A DNA stretch of 64,000 nucleotides from Squalus acanthias. Taxonomy: Eukaryota. The translations under genes were made by a program, and so were the position numbers. Shown piece after piece: positions 23,043 to 36,404 of the stretch. The notes under the pieces were generated by a model, which was not told the DNA's origin, made no database searches, and saw only the letters and a list, made by a program, of their open reading frames with translations. The number at the start of each line of letters is the position of its first letter. Within the stretch, counting starts at the first letter, position 1. The DNA is taken from positions 109,122,001 to 109,186,000 of the forward strand of contig CM059432.1 in NCBI GenBank assembly GCA_030390025.1, in the 5' to 3' direction.

Positions 23043-25578
23043 GAATGTGTGGAGAATGGTGGCCGTGTTTTTGTGACACAAGAACATCAGAGCTCCAACA
23101 CGTTAACCCAACACATCAACTATTGGCTGGCTTTACGGTCTAATGTTCTGTATTAGAAAAACAACTGATAATTCATCAATGTGCTATATAGTGGTAAAAG
23201 TGAGTGGAAAGTTGCACAGTGAATTCAAAGTTAATTTAATAAAACTAAATAAATAACTGCAATGCAAGTTATATGTAATAGAGCAAAACCCTAGTTTCAT
23301 TCATTTGGTAACTCTCAGGGGTCTCTTAGTGAGATGATTAAAAGCTTCCTAAAGACTTTAGTGTATTATTAAAATGTGCTTGTGCCCTTCTGAGCATTAA
23401 ATTCCCTGACAGCTTCCAAATACGCACTCATTTTCTTATCTGTGAAAAGAGTGGTCTGTAAATTTTTAATATGAAATAATATTAAGCAGCATTGGCAAAA
23501 ATCCACAGAACTGAAAAGCTTCATTTGTTGTATTAAGCAAAATATCTGAAATAACATTTAATTCGCTTTTCCACATTATGGCCAAAGCAATGCGAGATAA
23601 CTGTGAGGTGTATTGAATAGATTCAGCAATTACGGACTAATGCCACCTTTAGGATGCTAAAATATGTTGTTAATAATTAACATAGATTCAAGGCATTTAA
23701 GCTTTTCAGCAAAAATGCATAATTGATGCTGCTGAAATTGGAGCATGTCCTGCAAGTCAAGGTCTTACATCAGCTATAAACCTGCTTAGGCCTTGGGCCA
23801 CCAAAGAGGTGCAATAATTCAGAGTCAAAGTAGTTTGCAGGTTTTGACAGGTCAGGTTACTACAGTGTGTTAGTATGTGAATTCCTTTTGTTGTTAAAGC
23901 TGTGTGGCCTGACACGTGACTTCCTTTGGACAAAAAAACCCAACCAAAGCCACAAGCTTCTACACAAGAGTAAACGAATAAGCATTCAAACTCCCACAAC
24001 ACTGGGACAAAGGGAAAAGAAAGAACAGAAATGTTAGAATGCAATACAAACCACTCTGACTATTATTGGTTTCCAAATCTCCAGACTTCTAGTCACCTAT
24101 TTGAGTTCTTTAAATACATCTTCAACTTCTTGGCAGTCTCAAGGCTAATGTGATGTTATAATTTAATTTAGTACAAATACCACCGAAAACCAAGGTATTA
24201 GCCAATTTATTTGGGAAGTTCTGTTTATAGTTGGAAATGACAGAATTAATTAGGCTCAATTGTAAAATTCATGCACAGGACAACAAATTTTGGCTTTTAA
24301 AAGGAGATCTTAGTGTGAAATCCATATTGAAACCACGGTTACATTTAAATACTTTTACAACATGCTACAGACTAATGCCATTGCTGTTGTTTTTTTCAGC
24401 TGGTTAATAACCCTTTGGCAAGTCAAGCAGCAGCAATGGGTTCCATAGCTGGCTCTCAGGCCTTCAGCACTGCTCTCTCTAGCCTGCAAGGGATGACTTC
24501 TCAGCTAGTCACTAATTCACAAGGCCAGGTGAGTCAAGGTAGTACGAATTCTTAGTAATGCATAAAACCGTCTTGGCTATGTAAAACGATCTTTGAAACA
24601 TACTCAAATTGATGGATTAATAGCAACATCATTTCATAGCAGAGCCAAAGGAACCAAAAAACATAAAAAGTTCATGTCAGTATTACAGGGAGTCTATTTT
24701 GGAGAGGGTAAATTGTTAAATATCCAGGTTGATTTATTTTGTGATCATTAGATATAAAGAATATAGAAAGATAATGTTTAATATTGTGATTTTGGCACAG
24801 TAACGCTACATTTAGACAATATTGACGTATACACACACATAGTATCCTTTGAGAAAAATCTAATATAAGCAAAGATATACCTTGAGCAACAGTAAATTGC
24901 TGACCTTGTCATATTTATTGGGCAGATTCAGAATTGTTCCATCAGTACTCAGAGAGTTGAACGATGAACCTTGTCATCGTGGAGCCTGATCTAATGAATC
25001 ATCCTATCTCAGGTGCACACAACAGACATTATAGGAAGATTGTCTCAGCAACATGCTGGCCACACTATCCCTTTATTACCTCAACCTTTATTCTGTATTA
25101 ATTTCTATTTGGAATCTCCTTAAAAGTGATGTTTCTGTGTATTCATGTTCTGTTTAAAATGATTCAGCAGCAATCTGTAGGCTTTAAAGCTGTGGCTCAT
25201 TGTAAAGGGAGGTGCTTACTTAGCACTGACGAGTTTTAAGTTTATAAGGTACTAAATATGACATCAATCATTTAGGATGACATATTTTGCAGGTTTTATG
25301 CTTGACTTCAGAAGGCAAGCACAACTCTGAAGTGTTGGTCAGTAAGTGTTGAGAGTACCATCTCCTGACCGGATGAAGCACTGGTAGCTCTCTTCCGCAC
25401 TTGGGTGAAAGAGGAGCGGCATTTATTGTGGCATATATATCATTAGAGCCCTCAGACTTTGCTCCGACAGATTGCTCTCCGCCATTACCAGCACAACTGA
25501 CTGGAGTCACAAAAAAATGAAATTCCCCTGATCTGCACTTACACAATTCCTGTTATGAAGAATTTAATATCAGCCAGA

Positions 25579-26757
25579 CATATGGGCTAGAGTTGCCAGA
25601 TGCTAGGCTATGGTTGCCAGATACCGGGCTAGGGTTGCTAAATGCCAGGCTAGAGTTGCCAGATACCGGGCTAGGGTTGCTAAAAGCCGGGCTAGAGTTG
25701 CCAGGTACCGGGCTAGGGTTGCCAGATACCGGGCTACGGTTGACAGATACCGGGCTAGGGTTGCCAGATACCGGGCAAGGATTGCCAAATGCTGGGCTAG
25801 AGTTGCCAGATACCGAGCTAGGGTTGCCAGATACCAGGCTAGGGTTGCCAGATACCGAGCTAGGGTTGCCAGATACCGGGCTAGGGTTGCCAGATACTGA
25901 GCTAGGGTTGCCAGATACTGGGCTAGGGTTGCCAGATACCGGACTAGGATTGCCAAATGCTGGGCTAGAGTTGCCAGATATTGGGCTATGGTTGTCAGAT
26001 ACCGGGCTAGGGTTGACAGATACCGGGCTAGGGTTGCCAGATACCGGGCTAGGGTTGTCAGATACCGGGCTAGGGTTGCCAGATACCAGGCTAGGGTTGC
26101 CAGATACCGGGCTAGGGTTGCCAGATACCGGGCTAGGGTTGCCAGATACCGGGCTAGGGTTGCCAGATACCGGGCTAGGGTTGCCAAATGCCAGACTAGA
26201 GTTGCCAGATATTGGGCTATGGTTGCCAGATACCGGGCTAGGGTTGCCAGATACCGGGCTAGGGTTGCCAGATACCGGGCTAGGGTTGCCAGATACCGGG
26301 CTAGGGTTGCCAGATACCGGGCTAGGGTTGCCAGATACCGGGCTAGGGTTGCCAGATACCGGGCTAGGGTTGCCAGATACCGGGCTAGGGTTGCCAGATA
26401 CCGGGCTAGGGTTGCCAGATACCGGGCTAGGGTTGCCAGATACCGGGCTAGGGTTGCCAGATACCGGGCTAGGGTTGCCAGATACCGGGCTAGGATTGCC
26501 AGATACCGGGCTAGGGTTGCCAAATGCCGGGCTAGAGTTGCCAGATATTGGGCTATGGTTGCCAGATACCGGGCTAGGGTTGCCAGATACCGGGCTAGGG
26601 TTGTCAAATGCCAGGCTAGAGTTGCCAGATATTGGGCTATGGTTGCCAGATACCGGGCTAGGGTTGCCAGATACCAGGCTAGGGTTGCCAAATGCCGGGC
26701 TAGAGTTGCCAGTTATTGAGCTATGGTTGCCAGATACTAGGCTAAAGTTGCCAGCGT
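25579..26757. repeat. 21-bp minisatellite (gggctagggttgccagatacc)n, about 56 units
   Basis: Directly visible tandem array with a homogeneous centre and variant flanks. Confidence 0.98.
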
Positions 26758-26759
26758 TT

Positions 26760-29078
26760 TGCTCCACGCGAACCTCCTCTCACTCTATTTCATCTAGCCC
26801 TATCGGCATACCTTTCTATTCCTTTCTCCCTCTTGTACTTATCTGGCTTCCCTGTAAAGGATATGTGCCATTCACCTCAACAATTCCTTGTGGTAGCAAG
26901 GTCCACATTCTAACCACTCTCTGGGTAAAGACATTTCTCCTCCATTCTTTATTGGATTTATTAGTGACTATCTTATATTGGTGGCCCCTAGTTCTGGTCT
27001 CTATAAGTGGAAACATCTTCTCTACATTGACCCTATCAAACCCCTAGATGCATTTAAGGGGCGGTTAGATAAGCATATGAAGGAGAAGGGAATAGAGGGT
27101 TATGCTGATAGTTAGATGAGGAAAGACGGGAGGAGGCTCGTGTGGAGCATAAATGCCGGCATGGACTGGTTGGGCCGAATGGCCTGTATCTGTGCCGTAT
27201 ATCCTATATAATCCCTTCATAATTTTAAAGACCTCTGTTAGCTCACCTCCCAGCCTTCTCTTTTCTAGAGAAAAGAGCCTCAGCCTGTTCAATCTTTCCT
27301 GATAGGTATAACCTCTCAGTTCTGGTATCATCCTTATAAATATTTTTTCCAACTTCTCTAGTGCCTCTATGTCCTTTTTGTGATGTGGAGACCAGAACTG
27401 TTCACAGTACTTCAAGTGTGGTCTAACCAAGGTTCTATATAAGTTTAACATAACTTCTCTGCTTTTTAATTCTGTTCTTCTAGAAATAATCCCAGAGCTT
27501 TGATTGCATTTTTATGGCTTTGTTAACTTGCGTTGCTACTTTTAATGATTTGTGAATGTAGACCCCTAGATTCCTTTGCTCCTGTACCCCATTAGACTCT
27601 TGGAGGTAATTTTAACCACAACAAACGGGTGGGTTAGGGTCAGGTGGGATGTTAAAATTTAAAAAATCTCAAACTCGCCCCAACCCACGCACTTCCAGTT
27701 TTAACGGAGACGGGATCGGGGGTGGGCAACCAACCCGCTCCCAGGAGGTGGCTTGGCCATTAAAATATTATAAGGAGGCTGCGTGCCTCATATGTAACCT
27801 ATCTTCCAGGTTTAACCCTGGCTGGCTCGGGAAACCCTGCAGCTAAAGGGAGGCGAGGACTGCTTTGTGGAAAAGGTAAGTGCCTTTACAGCATTGCTTG
27901 TGGGCCAAGAGGAGTAGGAGTACTTCTTCCCTGCCCGTCATCAGATCCCACCCTCCCCCCGGATCCAAAGACCCTCCCACGATCGGACCGCCCTGGATTG
28001 GAGATCAGACCCCATCCCTGGGATCGGACCCCCTCCCCTCACCCAGGAATTTGCATCCACCCCTCCGGTGTTATTAGCAACCATCACCACCCCCCCCCCC
28101 CAACCCCGGTATTGGAACTGCCCCCCCCCCCTCACTGAGGGATTGGTGACCACTTCCACCCAAGATCCGGACACCCCCTCCCCCCACCCCGGTATTGGCG
28201 ACACCCCCTCCCATCCCCGTATCGGAACCCCCCCCCCCTGCCAGGGATTGGCGACCACCTCCCCCAAGATCCGGACCTACCTCCCCCTTATCAACAATCA
28301 ACAACCTCACCCCCCCCCGCCGGGGATCGGTGACAACCTCCCCCCAAGATGCTGGCCACAACCCTCACTCCCCCCCACTAACCCAACTGCAAGCTCCCTA
28401 CCTGCTCCTGGGCTGCGGCCTCCTCCAGAGTATTCCCCGCCCGACTGGGAGCCAAGCCTGTCAGTCAGGCTGGCTTCTGGGCGGACAACATGCTTGAACA
28501 AAATACACATACTCCACAGTATGCGGGGAAATCCAGACTTCCTGGTTTCCCAAACAAAACTCAGACTCTCCCCCGTTCACAAAACCTGCGCCAGTCAAGA
28601 TCGGGGACTTATATTCCAAGGAGTATGTGGCCTTCATATTCTTCCAACACACTAATCTATATTGAATTTTATTTGCCATTTACATACACATTCTGCAAGT
28701 TTATTAACGTCTTCTTGTATTTTGCTCAGTCTTTCTTTGTATTAACTACACCCCCAATTTAGTGTCATCCGCAAATTTTGAAATTATACTTACGATTCCC
28801 AAGTTCAAATTGTTTATATAAATGGCGAACAGCAGTAGTCCCAGCACCGACCCCTGTAGAACACCATTTCCCACCTTCCACCTGTCTCAGGAACTACCTT
28901 TAACCCTTATTCTCGGTTTTCTGTTTTGTAGCCAGCTTGCTATCCATTCTGCTACTTGTCCCCTAACGCCGCATGCTCTGACCCTAGTCATGAGTCTACT
29001 ATGCCATACCTTATCAAAGACCTTATGAAAATTTAAATATATTACATCTACTACATTACACTTGTCTACACTTCCTGT
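26760..29078 (-). mobile_element. CR1 3' region interrupted by an opposite-strand CR1 tail (27046-27212) and a MITE (27602-28607)
   Basis: ORFs 26816-27016 and 27065-27451 (YRTLVRPHLKYC...). RT sequence resumes after 28610. Confidence 0.85.
27602..28607. mobile_element. Harbinger-like MITE with internal C-rich degenerate repeats
   Basis: Ends ggaggtaattttaac / gtcaagatcgggga, CTT duplicated on both sides, and it interrupts the CR1. Confidence 0.6.
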
Positions 29079-29081
29079 AAA

Positions 29082-29262
29082 TTATGCTAGATCAATTGTT
29101 AATTTTAAATCAGAGATTGATAGCTTTTTGTTAACCAAAGGTATTAAGGGATATGGGCCAAAGGCAGTTATATGGAGTTAGGTCACAGATCAGCCATGAT
29201 CTCATTGAATGGCGGAGCAGGCTCGAGGGGCTGAATGGCCTACTCCTATTCCTATGTTCCTA
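29082..29262 (+). mobile_element. CR1 3' end fragment
   Basis: gagattgatagctttttgttaaccaaagg...gaatggcctactcctattcctatgttccta. Confidence 0.8.
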
Positions 29263-29460
29263 AATAGAAGGGGTCCCAACCTGTCAATGGTACAATTCCT
29301 CAAAATAAACGGGGAGTCCTGGCCTGTTACTGGTACAGTTCCTGTAAATACAAAGAGAGTTCCTGCCCGTCACTGGTATAATTCCTGTAAATAGAAGGAG
29401 TCCCGACCTGCCACTGGTAAAGATACTGGGCTAGGGTTGCCAGATACTGGGCTAGGGTTA
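29262..29460. repeat. About 4 x 40-44 bp degenerate tandem repeat followed by 2 units of the 21-bp minisatellite
   Basis: aaata..ag..gtcc...cctgtcactggtacaattcctgt units, then agatactgggctagggttgccagatactgggctagggtta. Confidence 0.8.
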
Positions 29461-29985
29461 GGAATATAGAAACAGGAGTAGGCCATTCAGCCCCTCAAGC
29501 CTGTTCCGCCATTCAATGAGATCATGGCTGATCTGTGATCTAACCCCATATACCCGCCTTTGCCCCATATCCCTTAATACCTTTGGTTAACAGAAATCTA
29601 TCAATCTCAGATTTAAAATTAACAATTGATCTAGCATCAAATGCTGTTTGCAGAAGAGATTTCCAAACTTCTACGACCCTTTGCATGTAGAAGCGTTTCC
29701 TAACTGCACTCCTGAAAGGTCTGGTTCTAATTTTTAGGCTATGTCCCCTAGTCTTAGTCTCCCCAACCAGTGGAAATAGTTTCTCTCTATCTACCCTATC
29801 AGTTTCCCTTAATATCTTGAAAACTTTGATCAAATCACCCCTTAATCTTCTAAATTCCAGGGAATACAACCCTAGTTTGTGTAATCTCTCCTCATAATTT
29901 AACCCTTGGAGTCCAGGTATCATTCTAGTAAATCTACGCTGCACTCCCTCCAAGGCCAATACATCCTTCCTAAGGTAGGGTGCCG
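29460..29985 (-). mobile_element. CR1 3' fragment
   Basis: ORF 29540-30016 LEGVQRRFTRMIP...RRLRGDLI. Confidence 0.88.
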
Positions 29986-30498
29986 AGAACCGCCACACAC
30001 AACCTTTCACCAGCACAGACAGCTATTTTCAGATTGTTGCCAGCAATTCCATATTTGTTGTTTTTTTATTTTTTTAAATGTTGCAATAATCAATGGCAAA
30101 TTAAAATGCTATGAATAATGGGCACTGTGTTCTGCCAGAAAAGTTGCATGTCAGACCACGGAGGGGGAATATAAATCAGGTATTGCCATCAAAGGAGGTG
30201 CACAAGTGGGGCAGAGCCAGAACATTCAGGGGCCAGGTGTTAGGGAAGGGGCCACCTTGGTAAGTAGGTCTGACAGGATCTCTGAGGTGGTGGGCCATGT
30301 TTAAAATGGGCGGGACACTGGGAGGTGGGACTAGCCAGAAAGATGGGCAGGAACTGACAGGGTGAAGCATCAGAAGCTGATTAGCTTCAGGAGGTTAGGC
30401 AGAAGCAGCCGATCTGTAGGCTCAGTTGACAGATTGAATCCATGGCATGATGCCAGGAAAAGGAGATTCAAAGACCATAGAGTGTGATAAGAAACCTG

Positions 30499-30659
30499 GG
30501 TAATGAAATTGGTCTTGGGCAGTAGCAAATCGATTGCCTGCATTACACCTGCCAATTTTCTTTTCCATTTAAGTCATCGGAAAAGAAAATGGTGTAAAAC
30601 GGGGTTGCCGATTCGCTGTGGCCTGTTTCACTCGACTGCCCAAGACCAATGTCACCCTC
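30499..30659. mobile_element. Short palindromic MITE
   Basis: tgaaattggtcttgggcagt / actgcccaagaccaatgtca, with an inner hairpin attttcttttcc...ggaaaagaaaat. Confidence 0.6.
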
Positions 30660-32964
30660 TCCCTGGTGTTCAAAATCATAGCAACACAGTTTAAGTAGCC
30701 AATAAATGTAACCATTGTTACGGTTTAGTCAATAAGTCACTGGTTTGTAACACACATTCTTCAAATTTATTCATTAAAGTCAATCTGTTTTTAATTATTA
30801 AGTAGCCAATAAATTAACTAACTATTGAAATCAGCCAGTTTTGTGAATAGTTATTAAAACCATGTCAGCAAAACAACTTCTTTTAAAATCCAGTCTGGAA
30901 TTTATTCAATTATATAAGGCAGTCAGTATTTCCTTTGCTTATCCAATTAGTTTAGAAATTTACTCCGCAATTAAGTCCAGTCAGTATGGCAATGTTTTTA
31001 ATATCCAATTTTCTCCCCCAGGCTGAAGAAATACATAGGCCTAGAAATTGCAGTAGGCCGAAAACCTGCGGGTGTCAACACTGGCTGAAGTTAACAGCTG
31101 CCCGAAATCATAGCGCAGGCTGCACCGGTATTTTGGTGCGGCCTGCTAATTTAAATTAGCGCAGCACTAAACCTACCATGCAACCCTCTTTTTCCGGCGC
31201 TACTCTCAGCAGGAGACCCAATGTAGCGTCCCTGAAGCGAGGCAGTGTTCTGTTAAAGCAAGGCTGTCATTTTAGAAAGCAGTGTTGTTCCCTTAAAGGG
31301 GAACTGCCTACTAAAATGAAAAAAATAAAAGTCATTTAAAAATAGGCAGTCTTTTTAGCCTTTAGAGCTCAACTGCCTTCTGAAAAAGAAATAAACATTA
31401 AAAATAATTCCGAAACGGCAGTCTTCAGCTCTTAAAGCTGACTTTCCTTCCGCACCTATAAAAATGGTAAAAGTGCTTCAGCACTAGCACAAATGGCTCA
31501 ACAAGCCAGGGAAGGGGCACCCAGGGTTTCGCAAGCAGCACTCCAGCTTTGTGCAGGGGGTCAACACTGCAAGAGAGGTCCTCTACCCACAGGGGCCAGG
31601 AGGCCCTCCAGTAAGAACCATGTGGGACCAGATCATCGAGGTGGTCACTGCCAGCAGTGTCGCCCCTATCACCTGGCTCCAGTGCCCAAAGAAGCTTCAT
31701 GACATCAGACAAGTGGTCAAGGCCAGTGAATGCATCTTCAAAAGCCGTCTCCTGCCAACTGCACCACTAACCTCACACACTGCTCATTGCACAACCCCGC
31801 ACCCCCCATCACTCACCTACCAACAATCTGTACCAAAACACAAGGCACACCTCCCATTCCTAGCTTCACCTCACCCCCTTGGGGGAGACAGTGCTGGGCA
31901 TTGTTGGCAGGGGCATGGCTGAGCCCTTGGCAAGCGGCGGGTCAGAAACGATAAAAAATCCTCCTTCTAGCATGCACCTCTTACTTTCCCACCCTCCCCT
32001 CACCACAACCCTACCCTTGTGCATTCCTCATTTCACACACCCATGAAATGCAACCTGCCCAGCCAGTGGTTGACCAAGATGAGGGAGAGGAGAGTGAAGA
32101 AGAAGAAGAAGAAGAAGAAACACCGTCATTTGATTTCACACTCCCAGCCACCAGCTCCTAGAGGTAATCCAGCAAGGCCATCTGCAGTGTCCCCCACTGA
32201 AAGTCAGCAGCCTTCCACCAGCCATGCTGGTGCCACTGGGGTAGCACTGTGTGACATCACTAGGATAGGCAAAGGCACACACAAGACAGTCACTAAGGGA
32301 ATGCACAAGGGTGATTAGTTGATTTCTTGATGTCATATTAGATGGTAGATGTATAAAGTTGGATTGGAAAGTTTTCTTTGTGGTGGCTTTTATTTCAGCA
32401 TTGTGGCCAAGAGGACACTGTGATGGTCAATAACAGAGGGAAGGTAAGGTGTGGGATAAATGTTGAAAGGGGAATTGGGTTCTGGTCACTGGTACCGCAG
32501 GCGGATGATTCCATCCCGGATATCCTGGCCAGAAAGGGGCTGTCTGGGTTGCATCCTTCCTTCCGCTTCATCCTCTTCTGCATCTTCCTCTTCTACATCT
32601 TCCTCTTCTGTGTCTTCCTCTTCTCTCTGTGAGCAGATACTGGAGGTCTAAAATAAAAGCATAAAATGCTGGAAATACTCAGCAGGTCAGGCAGCAGCTC
32701 GACCTGAGAAGTTAACTCTGTTTCTCTCTCCATGGATGGTGCATGACCTGCTGAACATTTCCAGTATTTTCTGTATTCTCAGAGGCCTTCCTTTACCATC
32801 CGAGGTCTTGCAAGCATCCATCAGCACTCCCTGCACACTTTAAAAACTTTTAACATTTATTGCACCAAGCCACTACTTCAATAAAATATAAAAAATCCAG
32901 TCCAAAATCTTAAATCCAAACTTACCTGAAAGATGTGTGTGTCCCTTTAAGTAATGGTGACAAC

Positions 32965-35900
32965 GGGCTCGATTTTGCCATTGGGGGCGGGCTGGGGCAT
33001 GTCAGATGGTTTTCGTGTCAGGACCCCGACTCCGATGTGAAGTGGGAAAAAAGTGAGATTTTGCCCTAATTGGGCACCTGATTTCCAGCGTGTGGAAACC
33101 CCTGGCCCAATGAGTCTTTTCATACAGAAAGTCGCCTCCATTGATGTCATCAATGCTGGCATCATGTATTTCAGGCCTGCAAGCAGCCTTGCTTCTTCAT
33201 GAGACTTTAAACTTTATGCCCATTGTGGTGATCGCTTCATTCAGCAACTATGTCCAGCAGTAGGCCAAAGTGTGCTCCAAGGTTCGATGATGCCTCCCTC
33301 CAAGCTCTGGTGGAGGGAGCAAGATCTAATAAGGAGCTGCTCTTCCCTTCCTCAGGGAGGAAAACGCCTCCCCAGCAGACTAAAGCTGTGTGGCTGCAAG
33401 TGGCCCAGGAGGTCAATGCCATCTCTATGTGCCGCAGAACCTGGCTGCAGGAAGAGGTTTCATGACCTTCTCCGCACAGGAAAAGTGAGTATGACTTTCC
33501 CATCACCCTCAATCTGATCCCCATCACCTCTCATCACCAGCACTCTGCTTTACCAACCTCTTCCTCCACATCCCACTTGACACTGACATCGCTGCACCCT
33601 TACCCATTCCCTCTCTCTCTATGGTCACATTCACTTAACTATTCGACCATGCAGCCCTTACACTCCCTATCACTGTGACGCAATGACAACAACTTACAAC
33701 ACACAGGAAGGGCCCTTTGTCTCCTTCTAAGCATCTATGCTATGGATTCTCTACACTCACTCCTTCATTCTCACTCAAACTCCACTTGTGTCCCTCATTG
33801 CAGGAAAAGAGAGCGCACAATAAGAGGGAAAAGAGCGAGGACAGGAGGAGGGCCACCCTCAGTAGCCCAGCTCACCACCTTGGAGGAGGCGGCCCTGGAA
33901 ATTGCCGGTGTCGAGGAAGATTCGCAAGTGGGGGACGGACAGACGAGCGCATCACAGCAAGCTGGTAACAGAATAGTTTGGCATCTCATTGACATTGCAT
34001 GAGTGACTGATAATGATTCTGATGCTCTAACAGATTGAATTGTGATCATCTGCACAATTCAATGTACATGCAACCTTTACCTCACATCTCTAACTCTTTC
34101 CTTTACTCCCCCACAGGACCATCGACAGCCCCCGTCCCCACTGTCCAGGCGGAACAGCCGGAGCCTCAAGACTCCTCCGAGGAAGCTGCAACCTCTGAGG
34201 GCACTCCGTCAGCAGAATTCAGCGCACCCAGCACCAGCGCAGACACTCACACCTCGGTGGGACCTTCGCGAGATAGAGTAGTGTTGTCACCTGGTGTATC
34301 ACAGCTCACAAGTGAGCATCAGCAGATGGTGGAGACAGGGACAGCAGTGGAGAGTCCTCATCGGAGGGCGCAGGACTCTGCCAGCTCAGCTCAGCTGCAT
34401 GTCGACCCTGTGCCTCCGGGTCCATCCAGAAGGAGAGCGGTGCTGGAACTCCAGGAACAGGTGCAGGAGTCTCTGGCAGGTTTTGTCTCCAGGGTCGCTG
34501 CGAGTGTGGGGCGAAAGGAGGAGTCCATCGCGAACATGAGCAGAGCCTTTGTGGCGGCATGAACGCATCACCACAGAAAGGATGGCAACCTCCGTGGAAA
34601 GGATGGCTACGGTAGAGGAGAGGAAAGCTATGGCCATGCAGGAGCTAAGTCGCCACAGTGTTGAAAACATGGTCATTGTTCAGAATAGACTGACATCTCT
34701 TGAGGAGCGATGGTCAGCTATTGAGCATAGAAACCAGACCTTCATGGAAGTCCTCTGGAGTAGGACTTCCAGTGCAGAAACGGGTCCTAATGGCCCACCT
34801 GCAGTGCAGCAAGGTGCTGTCAAGCCACTTGCTAGCTCTGAAGTGAGGCTGACCCATGAGAGGGATGTTGGTGGCAGACAACAAGGAAGTGGGCGCTCCT
34901 CTCCAAGCGCTCACACGACCATGCCACTGCAAAGCCCTCGGTCAGAGCCCCACCAGAGTCCTCACCCAACTGAGATGGGCACAGCCACAGGAGCAGCAGA
35001 CTGTTGCCGAGCCCTCACAGGCTCGCAACCCCAGACGATGCCCGCCAAAGGTGTCGAGACAGGAGCAGCAAGAAAGTGAGCGAGGGGCCTCCACATCTGC
35101 TGAAGCCACAGGGGATGCACCACGTAGGAGCACGCGTAAGAGGAAGATAAAGCACAAGTAGTCACAAGGGTAGTCACTTGGATGTTCTGTTGTATTGTTT
35201 ATTGACAAGCCATCCTTGTAATGTGATGATAAACAGATTTGATGGCAAATCTCGCAAATGGGACTTCCACACTGAGGGCTTAGGGAGACTTGCAATTGTC
35301 AATATGGTGGTCAGAGTGATAGGAATCCGTAGGTTCTTGGCCATTGTCGATGCTCTGGTAAGAAGGTGCGAGGCAAAAGTGTTTGATTGTGCAGGCTAAG
35401 CAAATCTGGCCAACATGAGCGCGTCCCTTGCATCCCGGGCAGCAATGTGGCCATGCGCTGGTGCCTTCTGGCCTGTGCAGCTTCAGGTGGGTGAGCAGCA
35501 GCTTGGCGCTCCTGTTGTTGCTGCTGCAGTTGGTGCTGCTGTTGTTCATGGTTCTGCTGCTGCCGAATCTGATGTCCAGGAGGAAAGGAAATAAACGGTT
35601 CCCATGCTTCTGGTATATGCGCTCAGTCAAGGTGGCGAGAGGGGTGTCCCAGGAGGTCACACTGGAGATGGGTGTCAGGCTCCAAACTTCCACAACAATG
35701 GGTATGCCTGCTAAAAGTTCCCCCAGACCTGAGACAACAAAGCTCTGCCATTTGCAAATGATCATTGGTGAAAACTCCTTTTTAATGGTGGAGCTGCAGC
35801 TGTTAGTAAGCAATCTACTTGTGAGGCCGCCAGGATTAACTGGCGTGTTCCAGAGGAGACATACAGGACGGGGGAAATGTGTTAAAATCAGGCCTCTCAA

Positions 35901-36117
35901 AATGGGATTATAGAGGCAATTAACTGGTTGTTAAGGGTCTTAAGGACCTATCCCACCTCTTGGAGGTGGGATGGAAACGGGGTCTGAAACCCCGATTCTG
36001 GGAAAAATGCTCGGAGGCGGGCCGGAGGCGGGATTGGAGCCGCCTGCTATTTTTTTGCGATTTTTACACCTCACATGCCTCCAATCCCACCTCCTCAGGC
36101 CTGGCAAAATCGAGCCC
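32965..36117 (+). mobile_element. Non-autonomous Harbinger, family C copy 1
   Basis: Perfect 16-bp TIR gggctcgattttgcca / tggcaaaatcgagccc and AAC TSD. Confidence 0.92.
33250..35161 (+). pseudogene. Three-exon Myb/SANT-like (MSANTD/NAIF1-type) gene: exons 33250-33484, 33804-33964, 34117-35161, frameshifted
   Basis: APRFDD...WLQVAQEVN...RTWLQ..RKRFHDL; GT..AG introns; TGGGPP exon; heptad-repeat region; basic tail RRSTRKRK. Confidence 0.85.
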
Positions 36118-36404
36118 AACGTCTCTGTAGGTCTGCTGCGTGCATGGTTTTCTGAGCATGCTTAGGACCAGCGTTTAAGTCAGCGAAAAGGTCGAAGTTT
36201 GCAGATGTGGAGTCAAGTCTGATTTGCATTTCTAGGGCCAGCACTGCTAACGACAGCACTAGGGCCCTCACCAAAATGGCAGACGCCGTGTCCCACGCCG
36301 GAGGCAGGTGGAATTAATGCGGAAGTGAGACGGCTGCCATTTTTTTTCCAGAAACGGGCTTTAAAGGAGACCTTACCGTAAGTCCGCAAATTTCTAGGTC
36401 ATAG

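Larger units (their letters stand above)
31038..36400. mobile_element. Non-autonomous Harbinger, family B copy 2 (inverted relative to copy 1; hosts family C copy 1)
   Basis: TIR ggcctagaaatt / aatttctaggtc, ATA TSD, and Myb remnant at 31493-31730 on +. Confidence 0.88.

Noticed and set aside
25579..26757. CRISPR-like array
   Set aside because: Units are head-to-tail with no unique spacers, there are no cas genes, and the context is eukaryotic.
25553..27047. Long ORFs of 484, 404, 362 and 243 aa
   Set aside because: They arise from a 21-bp unit that is stop-free in four of six frames. The longest runs into antisense CR1 sequence, and there is no gene context.
27880..28655. Pro-rich and Gly-rich ORFs
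   Set aside because: Low-complexity C-rich repeats inside a MITE.
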